Part shown: piece after piece, positions 41,899 through 50,027 of the stretch
Layout of the letters: each line of letters begins with the position of its first letter
Numbering within the stretch: the first letter of the stretch is position 1
Assembly: GCA_902514615.1 (NCBI GenBank)
Contig: CABXRG010000001.1
Span: 13,834-77,833 of the forward strand
DNA length: 64,000 nucleotides
DNA from: an uncultured Bacteroidota bacterium
GTDB taxonomy: Bacteria > Bacteroidota > Bacteroidia > Flavobacteriales > Flavobacteriaceae
Reading direction: 5' to 3'
The notes under the pieces: generated by a model
Told to the model about the DNA's origin: nothing
Database searches by the model: none
What the model saw: the letters and a program-made list of their open reading frames with translations, nothing else
Made by a program: the position numbers and the translations under genes

Positions 41899-43930
41899 AT
41901 ACATAAATAGAGAATTAAGTTGGTTAGATTTTAATGCAAGAGTCCTGCAAGAGGCATCTAACAAAGAAGTTCCAATATTAGAAAGGTTAAGGTTCATAGG
42001 AATTTTCTCTAATAATTTAGATGAGTTTTTTCAAGTTAGGTATGCAACTGTTAAGAGAATTGCAGATGCTAAAACTTCAATTAAAAATAATGAAGAAAAC
42101 ATTGCTGCAAAAAAACTACTAGCTGATATTACTTCAAAGGTTATTAATCTTCAAACAGAAAGTTCACTAATATTGGAGTCAATTGAAAAATCATTAAAAA
42201 AAGAGAATATTGTTTTTATTAACGAAAATGAAGTTTTAGAATCTCATAAAGAGTTTTTAAAAGATTATTTTATTAAAAAAATTAGTCCAGCATTAGTAAC
42301 TGTGATTTTATCTAACAATAAACTTCATGACTTTAAAGACAACAAAGCTTTTCTAATTGCTAATATAAAACTGATAGACAATTCTATTTTTTATGCTTTA
42401 GTTGAAATACCAAGAAATATTAGCAGGTTTGTCGTCTTGCCTAAAAATGATAATAAACAATACATCATGCTTATTGATGATATAATTAGATATCATTTAG
42501 ATATAGTCTTTAGTTTTTTTAATTATTCAAATATTGAAGCTAATATGCTTAAGATAACTAGAGATGCTGATTTTGATATAGATGATATTGATTTATCAAA
42601 AAGCTATGTAAAAAAAATTCTAGAATATGTTAACAAGAGAAAGAGAAGTAATCCTGTAAGACTTGTTTATGACAAAAATATTTCTACTTCGACTTTAAAC
42701 TATTTAATTAAAAAAATTAAAATTACCTCATATGATAGTTTGATACCAGGAGGTAAATATCATCATAGAAGTGATTATATGAATTTCCCAGATCTTGGCA
42801 GGTCTGATCTATTATATCCAAAAGAAAAATCCCTAGATATAAAAGATTTAAAAATTGAATCAAACCTTCTAGATCAAATATCAGAAAAAGATTTCCTCAT
42901 GTATACCCCCTACCATTCCTTTTCTTATTTGGTATCTATATTAAGGCAATCTGCAATTGATCCAAGTGTTAAGTCTATTAAAATTACTCTGTATAGACTT
43001 TCAAAAAAATCAAATGTTATTAGCTCCTTAATAAATGCTGCAAAAAATGGCAAAAAAGTTTTAGTTCAAATTGAACTTCAGGCTAGATTTGATGAAGAAA
43101 ATAATATAAAGGTATCTCAGCAACTTAAGGAGGCAGGAGTTGATTTAATTTTTGGTGTCAAAGGTTTAAAAGTTCACTCTAAAATATGCTTAATAGAACG
43201 ATTTAAGGGTAACAAAAAAAGATTTTATGGATTTGTAAGTACTGGAAATTTTAATGAATCCACTGCAAAAATATATTCAGATTTTACATTGTTCACCTCT
43301 AATCAAAAAATATTAAAAGAACTTCAAAAGGTCTTTGATTTTCTAAAAGCTAACTATAAGATTTATGATTATAAACATTTAATTGTTTCTCCACATCAAA
43401 CCTATAGCAAACTTTTTAAGCTTATAGATAATGAGATTTCTAATGTTAAGAAGGGTTTAAAAGGACAAATCATTTTCAAATTAAATAGTTTTACTAGTTA
43501 TAAGTTAGTTGACAAACTATATGAGGCTAGTAAATCTGGTGTTAAAATTAAATTATTAATTAGAGGTATATGCTGTCTAATACCGGCTAAAATTGGACTT
43601 AGTGAAAATATTGAGGTTAAAAGTGTAGTAGACAAGTATCTTGAACATTCTAGAGTTTATGTTTTTGAAAATGCAGGTGATATAAAAGTTTTTATTTCTT
43701 CAGCTGATTTAATGACAAGGAATATTGAAAAACGTGTTGAAGTTGCTTGTCCTATATATCAAGATAATCTCAAAGAACAAATTCTAAAGACACTTTCTAT
43801 TAGTGATAATGATAATGTAAAAACTAGAAAAATCAATCAAAGTGTCCAAAATGAATTTATTAGTAACCCAAAGATAGCTATAAGGTCACAATGGGATACT
43901 TATACTTATTTTAAAAATAACTTAGATTAA
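41888..43930 (+). CDS. ppk1: Polyphosphate kinase 1
   Basis: 680 aa. N-terminal YINRELSWLDFNARVLQEA and two PLD-like HKD-type C-domains (VHSKICLIER, EHSRVYVF). GTG start at 41888, with no in-frame ATG near. Overlaps the upstream gene by 11 nt. Confidence 0.95.
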   Translation: MNLKYINRELSWLDFNARVLQEASNKEVPILERLRFIGIFSNNLDEFFQVRYATVKRIADAKTSIKNNEENIAAKKLLADITSKVINLQTESSLILESIEKSLKKENIVFINENEVLESHKEFLKDYFIKKISPALVTVILSNNKLHDFKDNKAFLIANIKLIDNSIFYALVEIPRNISRFVVLPKNDNKQYIMLIDDIIRYHLDIVFSFFNYSNIEANMLKITRDADFDIDDIDLSKSYVKKILEYVNKRKRSNPVRLVYDKNISTSTLNYLIKKIKITSYDSLIPGGKYHHRSDYMNFPDLGRSDLLYPKEKSLDIKDLKIESNLLDQISEKDFLMYTPYHSFSYLVSILRQSAIDPSVKSIKITLYRLSKKSNVISSLINAAKNGKKVLVQIELQARFDEENNIKVSQQLKEAGVDLIFGVKGLKVHSKICLIERFKGNKKRFYGFVSTGNFNESTAKIYSDFTLFTSNQKILKELQKVFDFLKANYKIYDYKHLIVSPHQTYSKLFKLIDNEISNVKKGLKGQIIFKLNSFTSYKLVDKLYEASKSGVKIKLLIRGICCLIPAKIGLSENIEVKSVVDKYLEHSRVYVFENAGDIKVFISSADLMTRNIEKRVEVACPIYQDNLKEQILKTLSISDNDNVKTRKINQSVQNEFISNPKIAIRSQWDTYTYFKNNLD

Positions 43931-43931
43931 T

Positions 43932-44828
43932 TTGAAAAGAATAGCTGCTATTGATATTGGTTCTAATGCTGTAAGAATGCTAATTTGTTATGTAATTCAA
44001 TCAGGAGATAAATTTATATTTCAAAAAAACTCGTATTTAAGATTACCTATAAGACTAGGTGAAGATTCATTTAAAAATGGTATCATCTCAAAATCAAAAA
44101 TTGAAACACTTACTAATTCTATTTTTTCTTTCAAGTATATCATGAAAGTTCATAAAGTTGAAGACTATCAGATCTATGCTACTTCTGCCCTTAGAGAGTC
44201 AAAAAATTCATCAGAAGTAATATCGTTTGTAAAGAGACATACTGGCTTAATAATTAACCTTATTGATGGTTTAAAGGAAGCAGAAACCATTTCAAAAGGT
44301 AATTCCCTTGAAAAAATTGATTTTAATAAAATCTTCTTATATGTTGATGTAGGTGGAGGTAGTACTGAGTATTCAATTTTGAAAAGAGGTAAGCAGAAAC
44401 TATCTAAGTCATTTAAGATAGGTACTGTTAGACTTCTTAATAATTTAGTTGATGATGGAATTATAGAGGAAATAAGTTGCTGGTTAAAATCTAATATAGA
44501 TGGTGATGACAAAATTAAACTATTTGCAACTGGAGGCAACATAAATAAAATTCAATCTATGGCAGGTTCAAAATCAGGTAAACCTATTTCTTATCTTTCA
44601 ATTAAAGATTTGTCTAATACTCTATCTAAATATAATTATCAAGAAAGAATGATAAAGTTTGATTTAAACCCAGATAGAGCTGACGTAATTATTCATGCAT
44701 TAAAAATATTTTTAACTACTATGGAATCAATTCAAGCTAATAAGATGTTTGTTCCAAAGTTAGGTCTTGTTGATGGAATGATTAATGAGATATATTTTGA
44801 AAATAATGGTAGTAAGTTAGATTCTTAA
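43932..44828 (+). CDS. ppx: Exopolyphosphatase (Ppx/GppA family, short form)
   Basis: 298 aa. ASKHA phosphate-1 motif AAIDIGSNAVRM and YVDVGGGSTE. A TTG start is required to retain the first motif. Starts 1 nt after the ppk1 stop. Confidence 0.88.
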   Translation: MKRIAAIDIGSNAVRMLICYVIQSGDKFIFQKNSYLRLPIRLGEDSFKNGIISKSKIETLTNSIFSFKYIMKVHKVEDYQIYATSALRESKNSSEVISFVKRHTGLIINLIDGLKEAETISKGNSLEKIDFNKIFLYVDVGGGSTEYSILKRGKQKLSKSFKIGTVRLLNNLVDDGIIEEISCWLKSNIDGDDKIKLFATGGNINKIQSMAGSKSGKPISYLSIKDLSNTLSKYNYQERMIKFDLNPDRADVIIHALKIFLTTMESIQANKMFVPKLGLVDGMINEIYFENNGSKLDS

Positions 44829-45377
44829 TCTCAGTTCGTCAATTAATAAGCCAATATTTTTGTTGTCTTTTATTATAATTTCTAGTTTGTCTTTACTATC
44901 TAAGTATGATTTTTTTGAATTGTCTTCAGATAACTTAACATCTACAGAAATAGTGTAATTATTAAGCTCTTTAGAAATAAAAGTCTGAATTCTATTTCTG
45001 TAAGCCTTAACTTCTTTAAAATTCATCTTATTAATCGTAGATATAGTTATTATATTATCTTTAATTGAAGGATTATTCATGTTTAATAAAGAGAGAATAT
45101 TATTATTTCCTTTATTTTTTTCTGTATCACAGAATTTTTTCCAGATAATTTGAAAATCATTTTCAGTAAATTCATCTGCAGGAAGCTCTTCTAAATCCTC
45201 ATCTTGTTTATCTTCAGCTGAATTTTTAAAATTAAGACTCGCTAATGAGAGTGATGAGACTTCTTTAGAGACTGGAGGTATAAAAAGCTTTTTATCAATA
45301 TCATTATTCTCTTCTTCTAAAACTTCTGTTACAACAGATTCTTTTAATTCTGAGGTTTTAATTAAGGATTTTTTTTT
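44817..45377 (-). CDS. dnaX: -1-frame continuation of dnaX (tau-specific linker and C-terminal domain); the track shows only its last 87 codons
   Basis: The frame of track ORF 44817..45080 stays open upstream, without a start codon, to the A11 tract (186 sense codons). It encodes KKKSLIKTSELKESVVTEVLEEENNDIDKK...EFTENDFQIIWKKFCD...YLDSKDKLEIIIKDNKNIGLLIDELRLRI. This is an acidic linker plus a domain that resembles the C-terminus of full-length Bacteroidota DnaX, judged from memory rather than a search. Confidence 0.7.
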   Translation of the reverse strand, partial: KKKSLIKTSELKESVVTEVLEEENNDIDKKLFIPPVSKEVSSLSLASLNFKNSAEDKQDEDLEELPADEFTENDFQIIWKKFCDTEKNKGNNNILSLLNMNNPSIKDNIITISTINKMNFKEVKAYRNRIQTFISKELNNYTISVDVKLSEDNSKKSYLDSKDKLEIIIKDNKNIGLLIDELRLRI

Positions 45378-46423
45378 TTAATGCTATCAATTGAAGCTAA
45401 TTTCATTAAGCAAAGCTCTGTATGAATTCTTTTATCATTTATTTTTTGATAGTTTATTAGTGTTTCATTTATAATTTGAATCATCAAAATAATATCATCA
45501 TCTACAAAATCCTTAGAATGTTCAAGATATTTTAGGCTTAATTCATTTTTTAAATCAGAAATTTTATCTGCAGAACCTATTTTGCTTATTAAGATCTCTC
45601 TTAAATGCCTAGATAATCCATTTAAAAAATTAACATCATCAAATCCACGATTAAATATATCGTTGTATTTAGTTAAAATTCTTGGAATATCTTTATTCTT
45701 AATTAAGCTAGATAAATCGAAATAAGTTTCATAATCTAAGACATTTAGATTAGTCGTAACTTCAGTAATTGTTAAATTAGAATCAGTAAAGCTTACTAAT
45801 CTGTCAAACATAGATAGAGAATCTCTTATTGACCCATCTGACTTGTCAGCAATTAATGCTATAGAATTTTCATCATAATTAATTTTTTTGTCTTTGCATA
45901 TATTAGTCAATAGTTTCATTATTGAAGGGCTGTCAACTTTTTTAAAGTCATAAATCTGACATCTAGATAAAATTGTGGGAATTATTTTATTTTTTTCGGT
46001 TGTTGCTAGAATAAAAACTACATGTTTAGGAGGCTCTTCTAATGATTTTAAAAAGGCGTTAAATGCAGCATTAGACAGCATATGAACTTCGTCAATTATA
46101 TAGACTTTATATTTACCAATTTGAGGTGGTATACGAATTTGATCAGTAATATTCCTTATATCTTCTACAGAATTATTAGATGCAGCATCTAGCTCAAAAA
46201 TATTATACTCAAAGTCTTGCTCTAAATTATTTATTTTTTTTGCAAGAATTCTTGCACATGATGTCTTACCTACGCCTCTTGGTCCACAGAAAAGAAGTGC
46301 TTGTGGAACTTGATCATTCTTAATAGCATTTGAAAGTGTCTTAACAATAGCATCTTGTCCTATCATGTCACTAAAATCTTTAGGTCTATATTCAGAAGCT
46401 GATGAAATTGAGGAACTATTCAT
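45362..46423 (-). CDS. dnaX: DNA polymerase III subunit gamma/tau, zero-frame product (domains I-III, 353 aa)
   Basis: Walker A GPRGVGKTS, Walker B IIDEVHML, SRC/sensor TILSRCQ and domain III helices. The frame ends ...DSIKKKNP* two codons after the A11 tract. Confidence 0.95.
   Translation of the reverse strand: MNSSSISSASEYRPKDFSDMIGQDAIVKTLSNAIKNDQVPQALLFCGPRGVGKTSCARILAKKINNLEQDFEYNIFELDAASNNSVEDIRNITDQIRIPPQIGKYKVYIIDEVHMLSNAAFNAFLKSLEEPPKHVVFILATTEKNKIIPTILSRCQIYDFKKVDSPSIMKLLTNICKDKKINYDENSIALIADKSDGSIRDSLSMFDRLVSFTDSNLTITEVTTNLNVLDYETYFDLSSLIKNKDIPRILTKYNDIFNRGFDDVNFLNGLSRHLREILISKIGSADKISDLKNELSLKYLEHSKDFVDDDIILMIQIINETLINYQKINDKRIHTELCLMKLASIDSIKKKNP
45369..45379 (-). other. dnaX: A11 homopolymer: candidate -1 frameshift / transcriptional slippage site in dnaX
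   Basis: The minus strand reads ATT AAA AAA AAA AAT CCT TAA. The 0 frame and +1 frame both stop within 4 codons of the tract. The -1 frame opens exactly at the tract. Confidence 0.6.
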
Positions 46424-46498
46424 TTAAACAAATATAGAGATTGAGAAAAATTAATTCTCAAATCATGTTTTTTTTTTAATAAAATTATCAACAAATAC

Positions 46499-46506
46499 TA
46501 TATTTG
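46499..46506 (+). promoter_or_regulatory. Candidate -7 promoter box (TATATTTG) for rnpB
   Basis: Exact TAnnTTTG ending 4 nt before the predicted 5' end (G46511) of the RNase P RNA P1 helix. Confidence 0.4.
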
Positions 46507-46510
46507 TCAT

Positions 46511-46792
46511 GCAAGCCGTCTTATCGCTGTTTTTTCAGAGGAAAGTCCGGACACCAGAGAGCAATGCAGCGGGTAACACCCGTCATCTATTTATAGAGAG
46601 GAATAGTGCAACAGAAAGTATGTACAGGTAATGCTGTAGTGGAATCTTGTAAACTCTGCATGGTGAAACGCCAAGTAAATCTACATTTTAAAATTGCTCG
46701 TTTTAAGTAGAAGGGTAGGCGGTATGAATGTGATAGTAATATTACATCTAGATAAATGATAAGATTCGACAGAATCCGGCTTATAGGCTTGC
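46511..46792 (+). ncRNA. rnpB: RNase P RNA, bacterial type A, compact (about 282 nt)
   Basis: Universal P4 strands GAGGAAAGUCCGGAC (5') and ACAGAAUCCGGCUUA (3'). Also conserved are GGUAACACCCG, AGUGCAACAGAAAG, GUAAACUC and AAGGGUAGGC. P1 pairs 5' GCAAGCC with 3' GGCUUGC, and P2 pairs GUCUUAUC with GAUAAGAU. The region is locally GC-enriched relative to its surroundings. Confidence 0.9.
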
Positions 46793-47326
46793 TTTTTTTA
46801 TAATTGACAGAATTGATGAGCCATACTTTCGTTCCTCTACATTGTTTATATAATCTTGTAATGTAATTTTAGAACTATGTTCAATTATTATTTCACCCTC
46901 ATCAATAAGCATTTCATTATCTTTTATTAATTCTATCATCTCAACATATTGTTTTGTATAAAAATTATAAGGGGGGTCTGCGAAAATTAGATTAAATTTT
47001 TTTTTATTTTTTTTTAAAAAAATTAAAAAATCTAGTCTTTTTGTTTGAATATCAAAGTCAAGTTTTGATGCAGTTTTATTAATAAATCTTATGCAGTTAA
47101 GATTATTGTCAACTGAAATAACTTCACGGCATCCTCTAGATGCAAATTCATATGAAATATTACCAGTCCCTGAAAATAAATCTAAAACAATCAAGTCGCT
47201 ATAATTAAATTTATTTGAGATTATGTTAAAGAGCGATTCTTTGACCTTATCAGTAGTTGGTCTTACTGGAAGATTTTTGGGCGCTTTAATAGAAATACTT
47301 TTTTTAATCCCTGATATAATTCTCAT
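46781..47326 (-). CDS. rsmD: 16S rRNA (guanine966-N2)-methyltransferase
   Basis: 181 aa. MRIISGIKKS...RPTTDKVKESLFNII at the N-terminus, SAM motif DLFSGTGNISYEFASRG and catalytic FADPPY. Confidence 0.88.
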   Translation of the reverse strand: MRIISGIKKSISIKAPKNLPVRPTTDKVKESLFNIISNKFNYSDLIVLDLFSGTGNISYEFASRGCREVISVDNNLNCIRFINKTASKLDFDIQTKRLDFLIFLKKNKKKFNLIFADPPYNFYTKQYVEMIELIKDNEMLIDEGEIIIEHSSKITLQDYINNVEERKYGSSILSIIKKASL

Positions 47327-48053
47327 TTATAATTGAAAAAAATGGTGATTCGTGACTTTCTGAAGAATTATTGTTATATCCTATAAAATCAATCTCTGAG
47401 TACTTAGAAGCTATATTATAATAATTTTCAAATCTTTCAAATTTACCCAAAAATGTAATTTTATCTTTCTTGTTTGAACCTTCATAGTTTTTCAAAACAA
47501 AGAATAGGTAATATAAAAACTCATTTTCATCATTTACATTAAATGAATTAAAGAAAATAAATTCATCATTATTAAAAATGATTATATCAAATGATTTATA
47601 ATTAAAGTTTACAAAAAAAGAAAATCCATAAGTTTCGGCATTTCTATTCTCTATAAAATCATATAGATAGGTGAAATAATTATTATGAGAATACTCCAAT
47701 TTCGATTTTTCTAATATCTCATTCAATTTATCTGAAATTGAATAAACTACTTTAATTTTTTTATCATAAGACGTATCTGATAAAATAGTTTTTAATGAAA
47801 CTGTATTGGTTATTAAGTATTTATATTTAAGATCTTCATCAAAATAGATAGAGGGTACTACAGATGGGCGTGAATTAAAATTAATTATTTCAATAAATTC
47901 TGAAGATGAGTTTAATATGAAAACAAGGGATTTTGAAACGAATTTATCATCATCAAAATCTACCCTTATAACATCATTTATCGATTTAAGATGAAAGAAA
48001 GATTCAAATTGATAAATAAATGTTTTATTGATTTTACTCTTTATTTTTTGCAT
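47304..48053 (-). CDS. Conserved hypothetical protein (possibly DUF3822 family)
   Basis: 249 aa from the ATG at 48053 (the track ORF begins one codon earlier at a TTG). No motif was recognised. The DUF3822 suggestion rests only on the remembered flavobacterial neighbourhood upstream of rsmD. Confidence 0.45.
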   Translation of the reverse strand: MQKIKSKINKTFIYQFESFFHLKSINDVIRVDFDDDKFVSKSLVFILNSSSEFIEIINFNSRPSVVPSIYFDEDLKYKYLITNTVSLKTILSDTSYDKKIKVVYSISDKLNEILEKSKLEYSHNNYFTYLYDFIENRNAETYGFSFFVNFNYKSFDIIIFNNDEFIFFNSFNVNDENEFLYYLFFVLKNYEGSNKKDKITFLGKFERFENYYNIASKYSEIDFIGYNNNSSESHESPFFSIINENYIRD

Positions 48054-48690
48054 CAAAAATAGTAGGCCAGTTTCCGCTAGTACTTACCTCAGTCATTGAT
48101 CCCAAAATTATCTCAGTACCATTAACGCCATCAACTGAAATAACCTTATTTTCTTGATCTAATAAGTCTTTATTTTGATCAAAAAGAACAATATTTTTCA
48201 TGACTTTAACTTCAAAAACTGGTACTTGATAGCCATTTTTATCTATAATGTCTGATTTGATAGAAAATTCTGAGTCTGTTCCATCTATTGGAACTTTTGC
48301 CATCATCTTATATGAATCGTTTTGACCGAAAAGAGAATCTTTTACAGAAACAAATCCTAGTGTATCAACAATTTCGACTTCCTTTAGCATATCAATTCTA
48401 TAAGTTCTATTATATTCTAGATAAGATGAATCTCTTTTTTCAATAAGTGTAAATATACCATTATCAACAAAGCTGACTAAACTATCAAAGTTACTTGCAT
48501 AGAAGCCTCTAACGTCCTTATGAGCAATTTGAGCATTTCTTATATCTTTTAACCTATCAATAACTTGAGTGTATCTCTCATTTTTAACTTGGTTAAACTT
48601 TATAGGTCCATTAATAGAGCTGTATATTTGTGTCGCAAAAAATATTGATGTCAACCACAAAAAAAATTCTAATGCACGTTTTTTATTCAT
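48034..48690 (-). CDS. Hypothetical N-terminally anchored/exported protein
   Basis: Start taken at the ATG at 48690 (MNKKRALEFFLWLTSIFFATQIYSS is a hydrophobic anchor). The track ORF starts at an upstream TTG and runs through an A12 tract. No recognisable domain. Confidence 0.5.
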   Translation of the reverse strand: MNKKRALEFFLWLTSIFFATQIYSSINGPIKFNQVKNERYTQVIDRLKDIRNAQIAHKDVRGFYASNFDSLVSFVDNGIFTLIEKRDSSYLEYNRTYRIDMLKEVEIVDTLGFVSVKDSLFGQNDSYKMMAKVPIDGTDSEFSIKSDIIDKNGYQVPVFEVKVMKNIVLFDQNKDLLDQENKVISVDGVNGTEIILGSMTEVSTSGNWPTIFDAKNKE

Positions 48691-48778
48691 CTTAGTAATT
48701 TTTGATTTTAACAAATCTACAATTTTTTTTTTTTCGTGAAACAATATATAAATGAATTATATTAGAAAAATATTTTAA

Positions 48779-49501
48779 ATGAAAACTATAGCTTTAATAC
48801 CTGCTAGACTTGAATCTGAAAGGTTTCCTAACAAATTACTTAAAAAAATTAATGGAATCCCTATTATACTTAAAACTTACAGATCAGCATTAAAAACTAA
48901 TCTTTTTGATGAAGTATATGTAGTTAGTGGAAACGATGAAATTATTGATACCATAAAAGCTGAAGGTGGTTTGGTATTCAAATCTCTTAAGAAACATGAT
49001 TCAGGAACTGATAGAATAGCTGAGGCTGCTGTAAACATAGACCATGGGATCGTTGTAAACCTTCAAGGCGATGAACCTTTTATTAATAAGGAAGCTATTA
49101 GTAGTTTAATTAACTCTTTTAATGACCCTACCGTTAAAATAGCTTCATTAATGACTAAATTTAATTCCCTTGATGAAATAAAAAACCCAAATAATGTTAA
49201 GGTTATCGTAGATAAAGAATCTAATGCTATCTATTTTTCCAGATTACCTATTCCCTATAATTCAAAAAAAATTGAAATTTACAATCGTCATATAGGTGTT
49301 TATGCTTTCTTAAAAAACGCTTTAATTGATTTTGCAAGTCTAGAAAGGTCAAATCTTGAGGTTATTGAGAGTCTTGAAGGTATTAGAATTATTGAAAATT
49401 CAAAAAAAATTAGAATGATAAGTACCTCTTTTCATGGAATCTCAATAGACACTCCAGAAGATTTAATAAAAGCTGAAAAATTTAGTTCACAAAATGATTA
49501 A
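48779..49501 (+). CDS. kdsB: 3-deoxy-manno-octulosonate cytidylyltransferase (CMP-KDO synthetase)
   Basis: 240 aa. N-terminal ALIPARLESERFPNKLL, and the VVNLQGDEPFI and GIRI blocks typical of KdsB. Confidence 0.93.
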   Translation: MKTIALIPARLESERFPNKLLKKINGIPIILKTYRSALKTNLFDEVYVVSGNDEIIDTIKAEGGLVFKSLKKHDSGTDRIAEAAVNIDHGIVVNLQGDEPFINKEAISSLINSFNDPTVKIASLMTKFNSLDEIKNPNNVKVIVDKESNAIYFSRLPIPYNSKKIEIYNRHIGVYAFLKNALIDFASLERSNLEVIESLEGIRIIENSKKIRMISTSFHGISIDTPEDLIKAEKFSSQND

Positions 49502-50027
49502 AATCTTATCAAAGTTTATTTTAAATAAAGTTATTGGGTGGAAAGTTATTGGATTTTTACCTTTAAACCGAAGTTATTTAATAGCCGTTGTCCCTCATTC
49601 AAGCTACTTTGATTTAATAATTGCTGTTCTTATAAGAACTTACTCAGGTTTAAAAATTAAATTTATTGGCAAAAAAGAATTATTTAATCCAATTACAGCT
49701 GTTTTTTTTAAATTCCTTGGTGGCATTCCAGTTGATAGAAATAAAAACACCAATTTAGTAGATGCAGTGGTTGATCTCTTTAAAACAAATAAAATTCAAA
49801 TTTTAGCCATTGCTCCTGAGGGGACAAGAAAAAAAGTAAGAAAATGGAAAACAGGATTCTATTATATTGCATTAAAGGCTAAACTTCCAATATTAATGGT
49901 TTCTTTTGATTATGATAGAAAAGAAGTTATGATTAATAGTGAGTTTAATCCAACTGGAAATATTGAAAGTGATTTAAATGAATTAAATAGTTTGGTTAGT
50001 GATGTAGTTACTAGGAATAAAATTTAA
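49494..50027 (+). CDS. Lysophospholipid (1-acyl-sn-glycerol-3-phosphate) acyltransferase family protein
   Basis: 177 aa. Acyltransferase HX4D motif (PHSSYFD) and the later APEGTR block. The substrate cannot be told from sequence. Confidence 0.75.
   Translation: MIKILSKFILNKVIGWKVIGFLPLNRSYLIAVVPHSSYFDLIIAVLIRTYSGLKIKFIGKKELFNPITAVFFKFLGGIPVDRNKNTNLVDAVVDLFKTNKIQILAIAPEGTRKKVRKWKTGFYYIALKAKLPILMVSFDYDRKEVMINSEFNPTGNIESDLNELNSLVSDVVTRNKI

Noticed and set aside
46997-47023. Two A9 runs and an adjacent homopolymer run inside rsmD as frameshift candidates.
   Set aside because: The rsmD frame reads straight through them (FLKKNKKKFNLIFADPPY) with all motifs intact, so no recoding is needed. They are noted only as a control for the dnaX tract.
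48723-48734. A T12 (A12 on the minus strand) homopolymer as a second recoding site, since it lies inside the track ORF 48034..48744.
   Set aside because: That ORF begins at a TTG. The plausible start is the ATG at 48690, which gives a signal-anchor N-terminus. This puts the tract in the divergent promoter/5' region shared with kdsB, not in coding sequence.
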